Below, piece after piece: positions 40,761 to 49,237 of a DNA stretch of 64,000 nucleotides; the first letter of the stretch is position 1, and the number at the start of each line of letters is the position of its first letter. The stretch comes from Alphaproteobacteria bacterium. Its GTDB lineage: Bacteria; Pseudomonadota; Alphaproteobacteria; Bin95. The translations under genes were made by a program, and so were the position numbers. The DNA lies in contig CBDBGH010000003.1 in the NCBI GenBank assembly GCA_965205265.1, positions 4,256,001 to 4,320,000 on the forward strand. The letters are read 5' to 3'. A model generated the notes under the pieces. That model worked only from the letters and a program-made list of their open reading frames with translations. It made no database searches and was not told the origin of the DNA.

Positions 40761-41435
40761 CTAAGGGGCTCCCGGTTCAACGTGCCTCAACTCGATTCCG
40801 AACTCGGCCGGGCTCTCGCGATAATGCAGCCCGTCATCGTCGATGAAGGCGAGCCAGTACTCTGACGCTGGCTCGGCCCGCACCGAGACCGCCGGGCCTC
40901 CGCCGACTCCCGTCAGACGGGAGTCTTGTTCATCAACGTACAAGGACAGCTCGCGCCGCACACCGAGGACCTCCCGCAGGAAGTTCTTCCCGAACTTTCC
41001 GCTCTTGCATTCGATCGCCAGGTAAATCTGGTCGTACCGGGGATAACCTATCGCCGACCCCTCAACCAACACGATATCCAACTCATGATATGCGCTTCGA
41101 TCGGTACCGGGATTCCCGGATCGCAGAACACCCTGGGTCTGAAACTCAATGTTGACGAACAATCGAAGCCCGGTCCCGTCGGGTGCGGCCACCAAAAAGT
41201 GCGGATCGTTGAGGTGGATCAGTCCGGGCGCTCCCTTGAATTTCAGCGTGTCCTTCGTCAGCGCGATTACAAAGCCCCGTCGCTTCAGATCCGTCAGCAG
41301 GTACGCAAGCACGTACAACTCGTAGAGCTTGCCTTGCGACAAACCCGACAGAAGCTCCTCATCGACGTCCGTGATCGTCTTGAACTCTTCGAATATGGCC
41401 TGAATTTCCTTTTCCGCCTCCTCCCTTTCCATCAC
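40761..41435 (-). CDS. Putative PD-(D/E)xK restriction-like nuclease
   Basis: GKLYELYV ... HELDIVL ... LAIECKS pattern (E...D...ExK). Confidence 0.6.
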   Translation of the reverse strand: MMEREEAEKEIQAIFEEFKTITDVDEELLSGLSQGKLYELYVLAYLLTDLKRRGFVIALTKDTLKFKGAPGLIHLNDPHFLVAAPDGTGLRLFVNIEFQTQGVLRSGNPGTDRSAYHELDIVLVEGSAIGYPRYDQIYLAIECKSGKFGKNFLREVLGVRRELSLYVDEQDSRLTGVGGGPAVSVRAEPASEYWLAFIDDDGLHYRESPAEFGIELRHVEPGAP

Positions 41436-41839
41436 GCGTCTCTCCCCCTCCCTATACCTTCCTCGCCCAAACGCTTGATGAGTTCCTTAACTCTGACGCG
41501 CAGCGCATGCAGCTCGGGGGCATCGCGAAAGCTGAACGACGCTCCCTCGCCCTCCTCGGTGGTGGGAACAAACACCGCATCCTCCAGCCTTCCGTCTGCG
41601 ATCGACTCGTTGACGGTATCCACGGCGCTTTGAAACGTTACCCGGTCGAGAACGGCGAGATGTCGCTCAAATGCGACGAGCATTTCGGTCAGCTGACGAT
41701 CCGGCGGCAACGCACGCGGCCCGCCCGCCTCCGAATCCCACACCGTATAGCGCTCCCTGTCGGCCAGTTCTCCGACACCCGCTGCCCGCAACAGCCCGGA
41801 GGTCTGCTCAATCAGTTCCTCGAACTCTTCCGGTTCCAT
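41432..41839 (-). CDS. Hypothetical protein (135 aa), translationally coupled to the nuclease
   Basis: RBS-like GGA upstream; protein-like composition; stop overlaps the next start. Confidence 0.6.
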   Translation of the reverse strand: MEPEEFEELIEQTSGLLRAAGVGELADRERYTVWDSEAGGPRALPPDRQLTEMLVAFERHLAVLDRVTFQSAVDTVNESIADGRLEDAVFVPTTEEGEGASFSFRDAPELHALRVRVKELIKRLGEEGIGRGRDA

Positions 41840-41993
41840 CGCCGTTCCATTCGCTCCTGTTACGGTCGCGCGAAGTGAATCCTAGCCGCTCCGACAACCG
41901 CAGAGTTGGCAGCCCAAACGTTATCCACGACCGCGCCACATCCAGAAACACGTCACCGGAAGCAGCGTCCAATCGCTCCAACACCTCCGAGCG

Positions 41994-42860
41994 TTACGCG
42001 GGGCGTTTGGAGTTTGTCACATACCTCTGCCCGGTAAGCGACGCTCGATAGAGACCGTCGTCAAGGAAATGCAGGAAGGACTTGATCTCACGCCGCTCGG
42101 TGGGCATGACGATCTTGCCGTCCACCACAGTCACGGGCATGTCGACAGCCGCCGCAGCCTCCTGGATCCGATCAACGCCGTAGGTCTCCAGTGTCTCGCT
42201 ACCCGTGATCGCATGAACCAGTCGCCGCACGGTCTGGTCGGCCTGCCCAAGAAAGTCCTCCGGCCTCGCCACCTCGAAGCTCGCGTGATCCGCAAAATTC
42301 CGAATCTCCTGATCCGTTGCGGCCCTGTAGATGCCGGACAAATCGACAATGGCTCTCATCTTGTGAAAGCTCTTGAACTTCAGCCGTCCTTCCTCAGCTA
42401 TGCACGTCAACGAGGAATCGAAGGTAAACGCGGAATCGCTGAGGCGGCGAAACGCGTTTCCATGCTGCAGAAGAGAAAAGCGGCGCGAGAGCACCTGCCG
42501 ACCGGAAAACTGCTGGATCAACACCTTCGTCGCTCCGTCGTCCACGATCCCAGTGAACAATGCCCGAATGCCTTCCTGATCGAAGCGTCCAGTGTCCAGG
42601 TCGGGAATCGCGACCGCGTTGGCTTCGATAGTCTCGAAAAACACACGCGCCTCATCGGGCGTATCGACGACCAGAACCTCGTTGTCATCGGGTTTCCAGC
42701 TGCCGTCGAATTCGACCTCCTCCTCCACCCCTCTTCGGAATTGCTCTTCCTGCTCGCGAAAAACGTTCTCGACAGCTCCCTGCACGTCATTGTCCAGACG
42801 CACGCGCTTGGCGACCAGACGACCGTTTACCCGGCACGCGCCGAACAGATTCTGAGGCAT
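41994..42860 (-). CDS. kwaB: Kiwa anti-phage protein KwaB (DUF4868)
   Basis: F..Q...F......FDGSWKPDDNEVL...IQQF...L...F..L.D.AFTFD.SL...LKFKSF...IVDLS..YR.ATD...FLDD.LY...LTG.RYVTNSKR; coupled to a membrane gene. Confidence 0.72.
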   Translation of the reverse strand: MPQNLFGACRVNGRLVAKRVRLDNDVQGAVENVFREQEEQFRRGVEEEVEFDGSWKPDDNEVLVVDTPDEARVFFETIEANAVAIPDLDTGRFDQEGIRALFTGIVDDGATKVLIQQFSGRQVLSRRFSLLQHGNAFRRLSDSAFTFDSSLTCIAEEGRLKFKSFHKMRAIVDLSGIYRAATDQEIRNFADHASFEVARPEDFLGQADQTVRRLVHAITGSETLETYGVDRIQEAAAAVDMPVTVVDGKIVMPTERREIKSFLHFLDDGLYRASLTGQRYVTNSKRPA

Positions 42861-43384
42861 TACTGGCTTTCCTCCAAGTCTATCACGATGTACTCCGTCA
42901 ACTGACCCACTGTGATTGCCTCCGTGGCATTCCGAAGATGCTTCCTGGTGATAAGCACGTAGGTAACGCCTTCCTTGGTATTGACCTTGTAGAAGTGCCA
43001 ACCGATCAATCCCAGGAGCGGGTTGAAGTGATAGGTATACCCCGTCGCAACGACCACACCGAAGATGAGCAGGGCCGGAATCCACACTTGCCAGTTGAAT
43101 GACGCGATATCGTCAGTGAACAACGGCAGCAGATAAAGCAGCAGAAAGGCGATGTTCTCGCGATCGGCGGCTTCCACCGCAACCGCTTCGAACGTCATGC
43201 GTTCCAGGTTCTTTCTCGCGTAACGCAGCAGGAACACACACAGCAGGACAAGACCCGCGCATCCCGCCAACAGCAGTACGGCCAGGCACTCCTTGTCTTC
43301 CTGGTAAGCGACCCAAGCGTATGTCAATAGTACGGGTGCGACCGCCGTGCTGGTCAGCAATAGTCTGGCCACCCTGCTCAGCAT
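42860..43384 (-). CDS. kwaA: Kiwa anti-phage membrane protein KwaA
   Basis: About four TM helices; motifs FLLLYLLPL and FNPLLGLIGWHFYKV....VTYVLIT; TAATG overlap with kwaB. Confidence 0.72.
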   Translation of the reverse strand: MLSRVARLLLTSTAVAPVLLTYAWVAYQEDKECLAVLLLAGCAGLVLLCVFLLRYARKNLERMTFEAVAVEAADRENIAFLLLYLLPLFTDDIASFNWQVWIPALLIFGVVVATGYTYHFNPLLGLIGWHFYKVNTKEGVTYVLITRKHLRNATEAITVGQLTEYIVIDLEESQ

Positions 43385-43558
43385 GCACCTTCGCTCCCCC
43401 GGGCGGGCGCCTTCTTGCACGGCGTCCGCTCACCCTCCACTTCCTCCCGCCTCCCGCAGCCGTCGGCGCGTGCCCAACGCCGCCGCCCGCGAATCCCGTA
43501 GTATCGCCAGGTTACAGCGTCGACAGCCGTCGGTTCCCTGTGCCTAACAACTTTCGCC

Positions 43559-43945
43559 TCACGCCTTGCGCCGGACACGAGCATATTCCTTCACAAAGTG
43601 CATCAGGACCTTGTCGAGCTTCGGCCTGTCCCAGTGGTAGCTCTGCGGCCGCACGAATTCGGTCCATGCCACGAAATCAGGGTCCTCGCCCTTCACGAAG
43701 AAGGTGTGGAGCTTGTTGACGATCTCGCGCATCAGATCGCGCATCTCGTTCTCGTCGAACCGCGACACCTCCGGCCAGGGAATGCGCCGGCCTTCGGCGT
43801 CGACCACGACGACGCCCGAATAGTCGCCGGTCCGCGTGATTGGCGTCGCCCCGCGGTGCAGCGTTTCGAGCATCGATTGCCTAACGCACACCAGCGCCAG
43901 GATTCTGACAAAGGCCGGAACCCTCCGGCGTGCCTTCGCTTCCAT
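43559..43945 (-). CDS. Conserved hypothetical protein of alphaproteobacterial mobile elements
   Basis: CVR..LE.LH.G..P.TRTGDYS.V.V.DAEGRRIPW.EVSR....M..LM.EIV; recognised from memory only. Confidence 0.55.
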   Translation of the reverse strand: MEAKARRRVPAFVRILALVCVRQSMLETLHRGATPITRTGDYSGVVVVDAEGRRIPWPEVSRFDENEMRDLMREIVNKLHTFFVKGEDPDFVAWTEFVRPQSYHWDRPKLDKVLMHFVKEYARVRRKA

Positions 43946-44269
43946 GGCGGCTTCCAATCCCCTCTGTCTCGCATTGCCCGCAACACCGTAGCCCGACCGC
44001 CCACGCAACTCACGACCGGCAGTTAGCACTCCGGCACAGCGCCTCGCAACAACACCCGCGCCGCGCCTCCCGTTCCCTCCCGCCGGTCCCGGCGCAGCCG
44101 GCCCGGCAGTTTCACCGTCGGTGTCCCGCCGCGCGCTTCCGGTCTCACACCGGCCGCGATCGCCACCCCCTGTCCGTGACGCGCCGGCAGGAGGCGGTGG
44201 CCGGCCTCGGCGGGGCGCATTCCGGGGCCGCGGAGCGGCCTCTCGCGCCACCGCCGGGGAGACCGATCC

Positions 44270-45181
44270 ATGCCCAGCCGCATCGCCGACATTCCCGTGC
44301 CGCCCCGGTGCCGCCAGATGATCCGCGCCGGCGCCCTCGTCGTCATCAATCACAGCGGCGGCAAGGACAGCCAGGCGATGACGATCCTGCTGTCCCGCAT
44401 CGTGCCCGCCGGCCAGCTCATCGCCGTCCACGCGCCGCTCGCCGAAGTCGAATGGGAGGGCGTCGTCCCGCATATCGAGGCGACCCTGCCTGCCGGCATG
44501 CCGCTCGTCATGGCGCGGGTTTCGTCCGGCGAGACCCTGCTCGAACGGGTGGAGGAACGCGGCCTCTGGCCCTCGAATTCGGCGCGCTGGTGTACCTCGG
44601 ATTTTAAGTCCGGACCGATCCAGAGGGAGTTGCGCCGGTATCTGAAGGCCCATCAGCGCTTCGGCGGGCGGCTCGTCAACTCCATGGGCATGCGCGCCGA
44701 GGAGAGCCCGGCGCGCGCACGGAAGACGCCGTGGCGGCGCAACGACCGGATGAGCGTCGCGGGCCGCGAGGTCTTCGACTGGCTGCCGGTGTTCGGCCTC
44801 TCGACAGAGGACGTCTTCCGCGTCATCCGCGACGCCGGTCAGGCGCCGCACTGGGCCTACGCCGCCGGCATGTCGAGGCTGAGTTGCAGCTTCTGCATCC
44901 TGGCATCCCGCGCCGATCTGCGCCGGGCGGCCGAACTTCGCCCGCAGCTCTACCGCACCTACGCGGAGATCGAGCGCCGCATCGGCCACACCCTGTCGCC
45001 CTCCGCCGTTCCCCTGCCGGAACTGACGGGCATTTCGCCGTCCGAGGCCGGCGACGGCCAGGACGCGCTGGGTCTCGGCGGCCTCCGATCCCGGCCTGCG
45101 CCGGAACGGCAGCGCCTCGCACGGCGCACCGGCGTCAAGCCCCGGTGTTCACGGAGCGGAGCGGAGCCAAGGGCCGGGTGA
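44270..45181 (+). CDS. PAPS-reductase-family (PP-loop) protein, mobile-element type
   Basis: SGGKDS, RWCT..K, GMRAEES.AR, WLPV, RLSCSFC. Confidence 0.82.
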   Translation: MPSRIADIPVPPRCRQMIRAGALVVINHSGGKDSQAMTILLSRIVPAGQLIAVHAPLAEVEWEGVVPHIEATLPAGMPLVMARVSSGETLLERVEERGLWPSNSARWCTSDFKSGPIQRELRRYLKAHQRFGGRLVNSMGMRAEESPARARKTPWRRNDRMSVAGREVFDWLPVFGLSTEDVFRVIRDAGQAPHWAYAAGMSRLSCSFCILASRADLRRAAELRPQLYRTYAEIERRIGHTLSPSAVPLPELTGISPSEAGDGQDALGLGGLRSRPAPERQRLARRTGVKPRCSRSGAEPRAG

Positions 45182-45239
45182 CGAACGGGCGCCCGGAGGG
45201 GGCGGCCCGCGCCGCCTCGCCGCCATCCGGAGCACGCCC

Positions 45240-46265
45240 ATGACCCTTCACGACACCATCTCTGCCGACTACACGCTGCGCCCGAGCGAGCTCGCCGATG
45301 TGCTCGCCACCCTGGTCAAGGCCCGCCAGCCGACTCTGGTCTGGGGACCGCCGGGCGCGGCAAAGTCGATGATCGCGCGGCAGGTCGCCAGCGACCACGG
45401 CTACAACTACGTCGACATCCGCGCGCTGCTGCTCGACCCCGTCGATCTGAGGGGCATCCCCTGGCGCGACGAGGACGGCCGCACGCGCTGGGCGCCGCCG
45501 GTGTTCCTGCCGCCCACCGCCAGCACCGCCCTGTGGCTCCTCAACCTCGAGGAGCTCGCCTCCTGCGTGCCGATGGTCCAGGCCGCGCTCTACCAGCTCA
45601 GCCTGGAGCGCAAGTGCGGCGAGTACGAGTTGCCCGAGGGCGCCTCGATCATCGCCTGCAGCAACCGCGAGAACGACCGCGGCATCGTCCACCGCATGCC
45701 GACGCCGCTCGCCAACCGCTTCGTCCATCTGGAGATCCGGGTCGACGCCAGGGACTGGCTTGCCTGGGGCGCCGCGAACGGGATCGCCCCGGAGGTGCTG
45801 TTCTTCATCGAGCTGGAGCCGGAGCTGCTGCACGACTTCGATCCCCAGTCGAAGGAGCACGCCTTCCCGAGCCCCCGCAGCTGGGAGTTCGCTTCCAACA
45901 TCGTCAAGAACCGCAACGGGCTCGATCCTGAGGTCGAGCGGGCGCTGTTCCGGGGCACGGTGGGCGAGGCCGCGGCGGTCGAGTTCACCTCGTTCCTGAA
46001 GGTGTGGCGCGAGCTGCCCCACCCGAGGGCCGTCCTCGACGACCCCGGCAACGCCGACATCCCGGAGAACGCCAGCACGCTGATGGCGCTCTGCGGCTCG
46101 CTCTACCGGATGGCTTCCGACGTCAACCTGGACGCCATCGTCACCTACGCCACCCGGCTCCGGCGCGAGGTCGGCGAGTCGCTGGTCGGCGCCTGCGTGC
46201 GCCGCGAGCCCGCGCTCCAGCGCTCGCCCGCCTTCATCCGCTGGGCCGCCGCCAAGACGCAGTGA
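45240..46265 (+). CDS. MoxR-like AAA+ ATPase
   Basis: WGPPGAAKS, DLRGIP, LNLEEL, ACSNR..D, LANRFVH, PSPRSWE. Confidence 0.82.
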   Translation: MTLHDTISADYTLRPSELADVLATLVKARQPTLVWGPPGAAKSMIARQVASDHGYNYVDIRALLLDPVDLRGIPWRDEDGRTRWAPPVFLPPTASTALWLLNLEELASCVPMVQAALYQLSLERKCGEYELPEGASIIACSNRENDRGIVHRMPTPLANRFVHLEIRVDARDWLAWGAANGIAPEVLFFIELEPELLHDFDPQSKEHAFPSPRSWEFASNIVKNRNGLDPEVERALFRGTVGEAAAVEFTSFLKVWRELPHPRAVLDDPGNADIPENASTLMALCGSLYRMASDVNLDAIVTYATRLRREVGESLVGACVRREPALQRSPAFIRWAAAKTQ

Positions 46266-46329
46266 TGGAGGAACCCGCCGCCCCTGGCGTCCCCGTGTGA
46301 ACGCTTCGCTAACCCGAGAGGAGGAACCG

Positions 46330-47244
46330 ATGGACCTCAACCGCGACGCCATGCTGGTCGGCCTGCACATCGCCGCCTGGTCCGGCCGGCTGTACGACCG
46401 CCAGGCGAGCGACCATGTCGCCGTCGCCCACGACGCCTCGACCGGCGCCGGGCGCTACAACAAGCGCCTGCTGCCCAAGGCCGCCTTCGCCGCGCTCACC
46501 GCCACCATGAGCGAGGCGAGGACCAGGCACTACGCCAACTCGCTGCCCTGGGACGACAAGGGCGCGCGGCTACTCACCGTCGCCAACTACGAGCACTACA
46601 CGGAACTGATGGACGGGTTCCGGGAACGCGTGGTGCTCCAGCGCGCCCGCTTCATCGAGGACTACGACGACTACATCGACCAGGCCCGGCTCGACCTCGG
46701 CAAGCTCTTCCGCATCGAGGACTACCCGTCCAAGGAAGACCTCCAGGGCAAGTTCGCCATCCGCTACCGTATCACGCCGGTGCCGGACGCGGACCATTTC
46801 ATCGCGCAGCTCGCCTCGGAAGACACCGAGCGGGTGAAGCGCGACATCGAGAGCCACGTCGAGGAACAGCTCCACGGCGCGGTGGGCGACCTCTACCGCC
46901 GCTTCGGCGAAGCGATCGAGCGGGTCTCGGAGCGGCTGCGGGAGGACGACGACGGCAAGCCGCTGGTGTTCCGCGACACAATGATCTCGAACATCCGCGA
47001 CCTGGTGGACGTGGTGCCGCGCCTCAACATCTTCGGCGACCAGACCCTGGCGCAGCTGTGCGCGCAGGTGAAGGAGAAGATCGCGAGCGTCGAGCCGGAC
47101 GCGCTCCGGCCGTCGAAGACCTTCGACCCGGCGGCCCGCGCCCAGGTCAAGCGCGACGCCGACGACCTCGCGGAGAAGTTCGCGGGGTATTTCGGGCGAC
47201 GCGCGGAAGAGCCCGCCGAAGAGCCGGTGCGGGAGGCCGCGTGA
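46330..47244 (+). CDS. DUF3150-like protein
   Basis: Helical protein (WSG..D...AG.YNK.LL...LPW...G.RLL...F...Y...F..EDYP) between the AAA and VWA genes. Confidence 0.55.
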   Translation: MDLNRDAMLVGLHIAAWSGRLYDRQASDHVAVAHDASTGAGRYNKRLLPKAAFAALTATMSEARTRHYANSLPWDDKGARLLTVANYEHYTELMDGFRERVVLQRARFIEDYDDYIDQARLDLGKLFRIEDYPSKEDLQGKFAIRYRITPVPDADHFIAQLASEDTERVKRDIESHVEEQLHGAVGDLYRRFGEAIERVSERLREDDDGKPLVFRDTMISNIRDLVDVVPRLNIFGDQTLAQLCAQVKEKIASVEPDALRPSKTFDPAARAQVKRDADDLAEKFAGYFGRRAEEPAEEPVREAA

Positions 47245-48668
47245 TGGCCGCCCGCGTGCTCAACGAGTCCGCGCTCCGTGTGAGCGACTGCGTGACGGAG
47301 CTGCTGCGCAAACAGCCCTTCTTCGGCAGCCTGGTGCTGCGCCTGCCGCTCCGTCCCGATCCCACCCGCGAGACGCTGGCGACGGACGGGCACGAGATCC
47401 GCTACTCGCCGCAGTGGGTGGCGGAGACCGAGGCGCATCTCATCGAGACGGCCATGGCGCGGGTGGTGATGGCGTGCGCGCTCAAGCACCACACGCGGCG
47501 GGGCGAGCGCGATCCCGAGCGCTGGCAGATTGCCTCGCAGCTCGTCACCCATGCGCTCATTCGCGACGCCGGGTTCACGCTGCCGCCCGACGCGGAAGCC
47601 TGGGACGATCTCAGCGTCGAGCAGGCCTATGACCGCCTGCTGACGCCCGGGGACGGCGATTCCGGAGACGACGGCGACGCATCCTCCGGCACCGCCGGTG
47701 CCGGCACGCCCGCCGCCGGGGAATCCTCACCGGACGGCGATGACGACGGCACGGGGGATCCGTCCGACGCCACCGATGACGGCGACGGCCAGGATTCGAG
47801 CGATGCTCAAGACGGCGACGCCGAAGCTGACGGCGGGGATGCCCGGACGTCGCACGACGCCAATGCCGATGCCGAGGGTCAGGGCGAGGATGACCCGTCC
47901 GATGCCCCGCCGAGCCACGATCCCTCCGGCACCGGAGAGGTCATGGACGCCGGCGCACGGGCGGGCGATAGCCACGATCCCGCCGAAACGCCGGTGGACG
48001 TCGCCGCCGAGGAGCAGGCCTGGGACGAGGCGATGCACCAGGCCCTCAACATCGCCCGCGCCGAGGGCAAGGCGCCGGGCCGGGTCGAGGAGACGGTGAA
48101 GGGCGCCCATGCGAGCACGCTGGACTGGCGAACGCTGCTGCGGCGCTACATGACCGACGCGGCGAAGAGCGACTATTCCTGGAGCCTGCCCAACCGGCGC
48201 TTCATCGACTCCGGGCTCTACCTTCCCTCGATCCGTTCGGAGGGGATGGAGACGATCGCCGTCATTGTCGACACCTCGGGCTCCCTGCCGGTCGCGACGC
48301 TGGCCGCGTTCTGGGCCGAGTTACGCGAGATCGCGGTCGAGACCCGCCCCGAGCGCGTCGTCCTGCTCCAGGTCGACGCCGCCGTGCAGGACGCATCCGA
48401 GTACGCACCCGACGAGCTGCCCGAGGAGATCGTCGTCAAGGGACGCGGCGGCACCGACTTCCGGCCCGGATTCGAATGGCTCGACGAGCACGGAATCCAA
48501 CCGGCGGTATGCCTGTATTTCACGGACATGGAGTGCTCCAGCTACCCCGAGACCGAACCGAATTTCGGAGTCGTCTGGGTCAACTGGAGCGACCCGCCCG
48601 AGGACTGGAACCGCGAGCCCTGGGGCGAGCGCATCGACATCGCCCCCGCCGGGAGCGCCGCACCGTGA
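47244..48668 (+). CDS. DUF2201-type protein: metallopeptidase-like N-domain, acidic linker, VWA domain
   Basis: PFFGSL, TLATDG..I.Y, W...LRRY, VDTSGS (MIDAS), GRGGTDFRP.F, YFTD. Confidence 0.8.
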   Translation: MAARVLNESALRVSDCVTELLRKQPFFGSLVLRLPLRPDPTRETLATDGHEIRYSPQWVAETEAHLIETAMARVVMACALKHHTRRGERDPERWQIASQLVTHALIRDAGFTLPPDAEAWDDLSVEQAYDRLLTPGDGDSGDDGDASSGTAGAGTPAAGESSPDGDDDGTGDPSDATDDGDGQDSSDAQDGDAEADGGDARTSHDANADAEGQGEDDPSDAPPSHDPSGTGEVMDAGARAGDSHDPAETPVDVAAEEQAWDEAMHQALNIARAEGKAPGRVEETVKGAHASTLDWRTLLRRYMTDAAKSDYSWSLPNRRFIDSGLYLPSIRSEGMETIAVIVDTSGSLPVATLAAFWAELREIAVETRPERVVLLQVDAAVQDASEYAPDELPEEIVVKGRGGTDFRPGFEWLDEHGIQPAVCLYFTDMECSSYPETEPNFGVVWVNWSDPPEDWNREPWGERIDIAPAGSAAP

Positions 48669-48889
48669 GCCGGGCCATCCATGGCGCCCCGGCCGAGGCG
48701 CTCAGGCAGGCGCTGAAGGCGCTCGCCGAACTCGCCTTCTGGATCTCGTGGACCGCCGATCCCGACCTCCATCCCGACGTCCCGGTCAGCGCGCGCTGCA
48801 TGCGCGACGCAGCGGCGGCGCTCCGCAAGGCCGCGCGCCTGCTCGACGAAGCCGCCGACAGGGCGGACCCGACATCGACGGCCCGCTGA
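48665..48889 (+). CDS. Small hypothetical protein (74 aa)
   Basis: GTG start overlaps the VWA stop (GTGA); helical composition. Confidence 0.45.
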   Translation: MSRAIHGAPAEALRQALKALAELAFWISWTADPDLHPDVPVSARCMRDAAAALRKAARLLDEAADRADPTSTAR

Positions 48890-49237
48890 GGCCGGCGCAG
48901 CCCGGGCGCGACGGCGCGCGCATCGCTTCGGCTTCCTCCGCCGGCCATGCGCTGCCGCGAGGCGGAGGCCGGCGCAGGGCGGGCGAACCGTCGATAAAGG
49001 AGGACTGCCATGATCTGGCCACCGGCCCCGCCCGGTGAGCCTGCTGTCGCCCCGACCCTGATCCAGTTTGCCCGGAACACGGCCCCGCACCGCCGTCCCG
49101 CCGCCTCGCCTCGCCCCTTTCGGCAACGCCGCCGGGAGGCGGAGCGGAGCAGAGGTCCGGGCGGCGCGGACGGGGCGGCGGGAGCCGTTCCCGGCGCCAC
49201 GCTTTCTTCTTTCCCACACACCACCAGGGAGGTTCGC

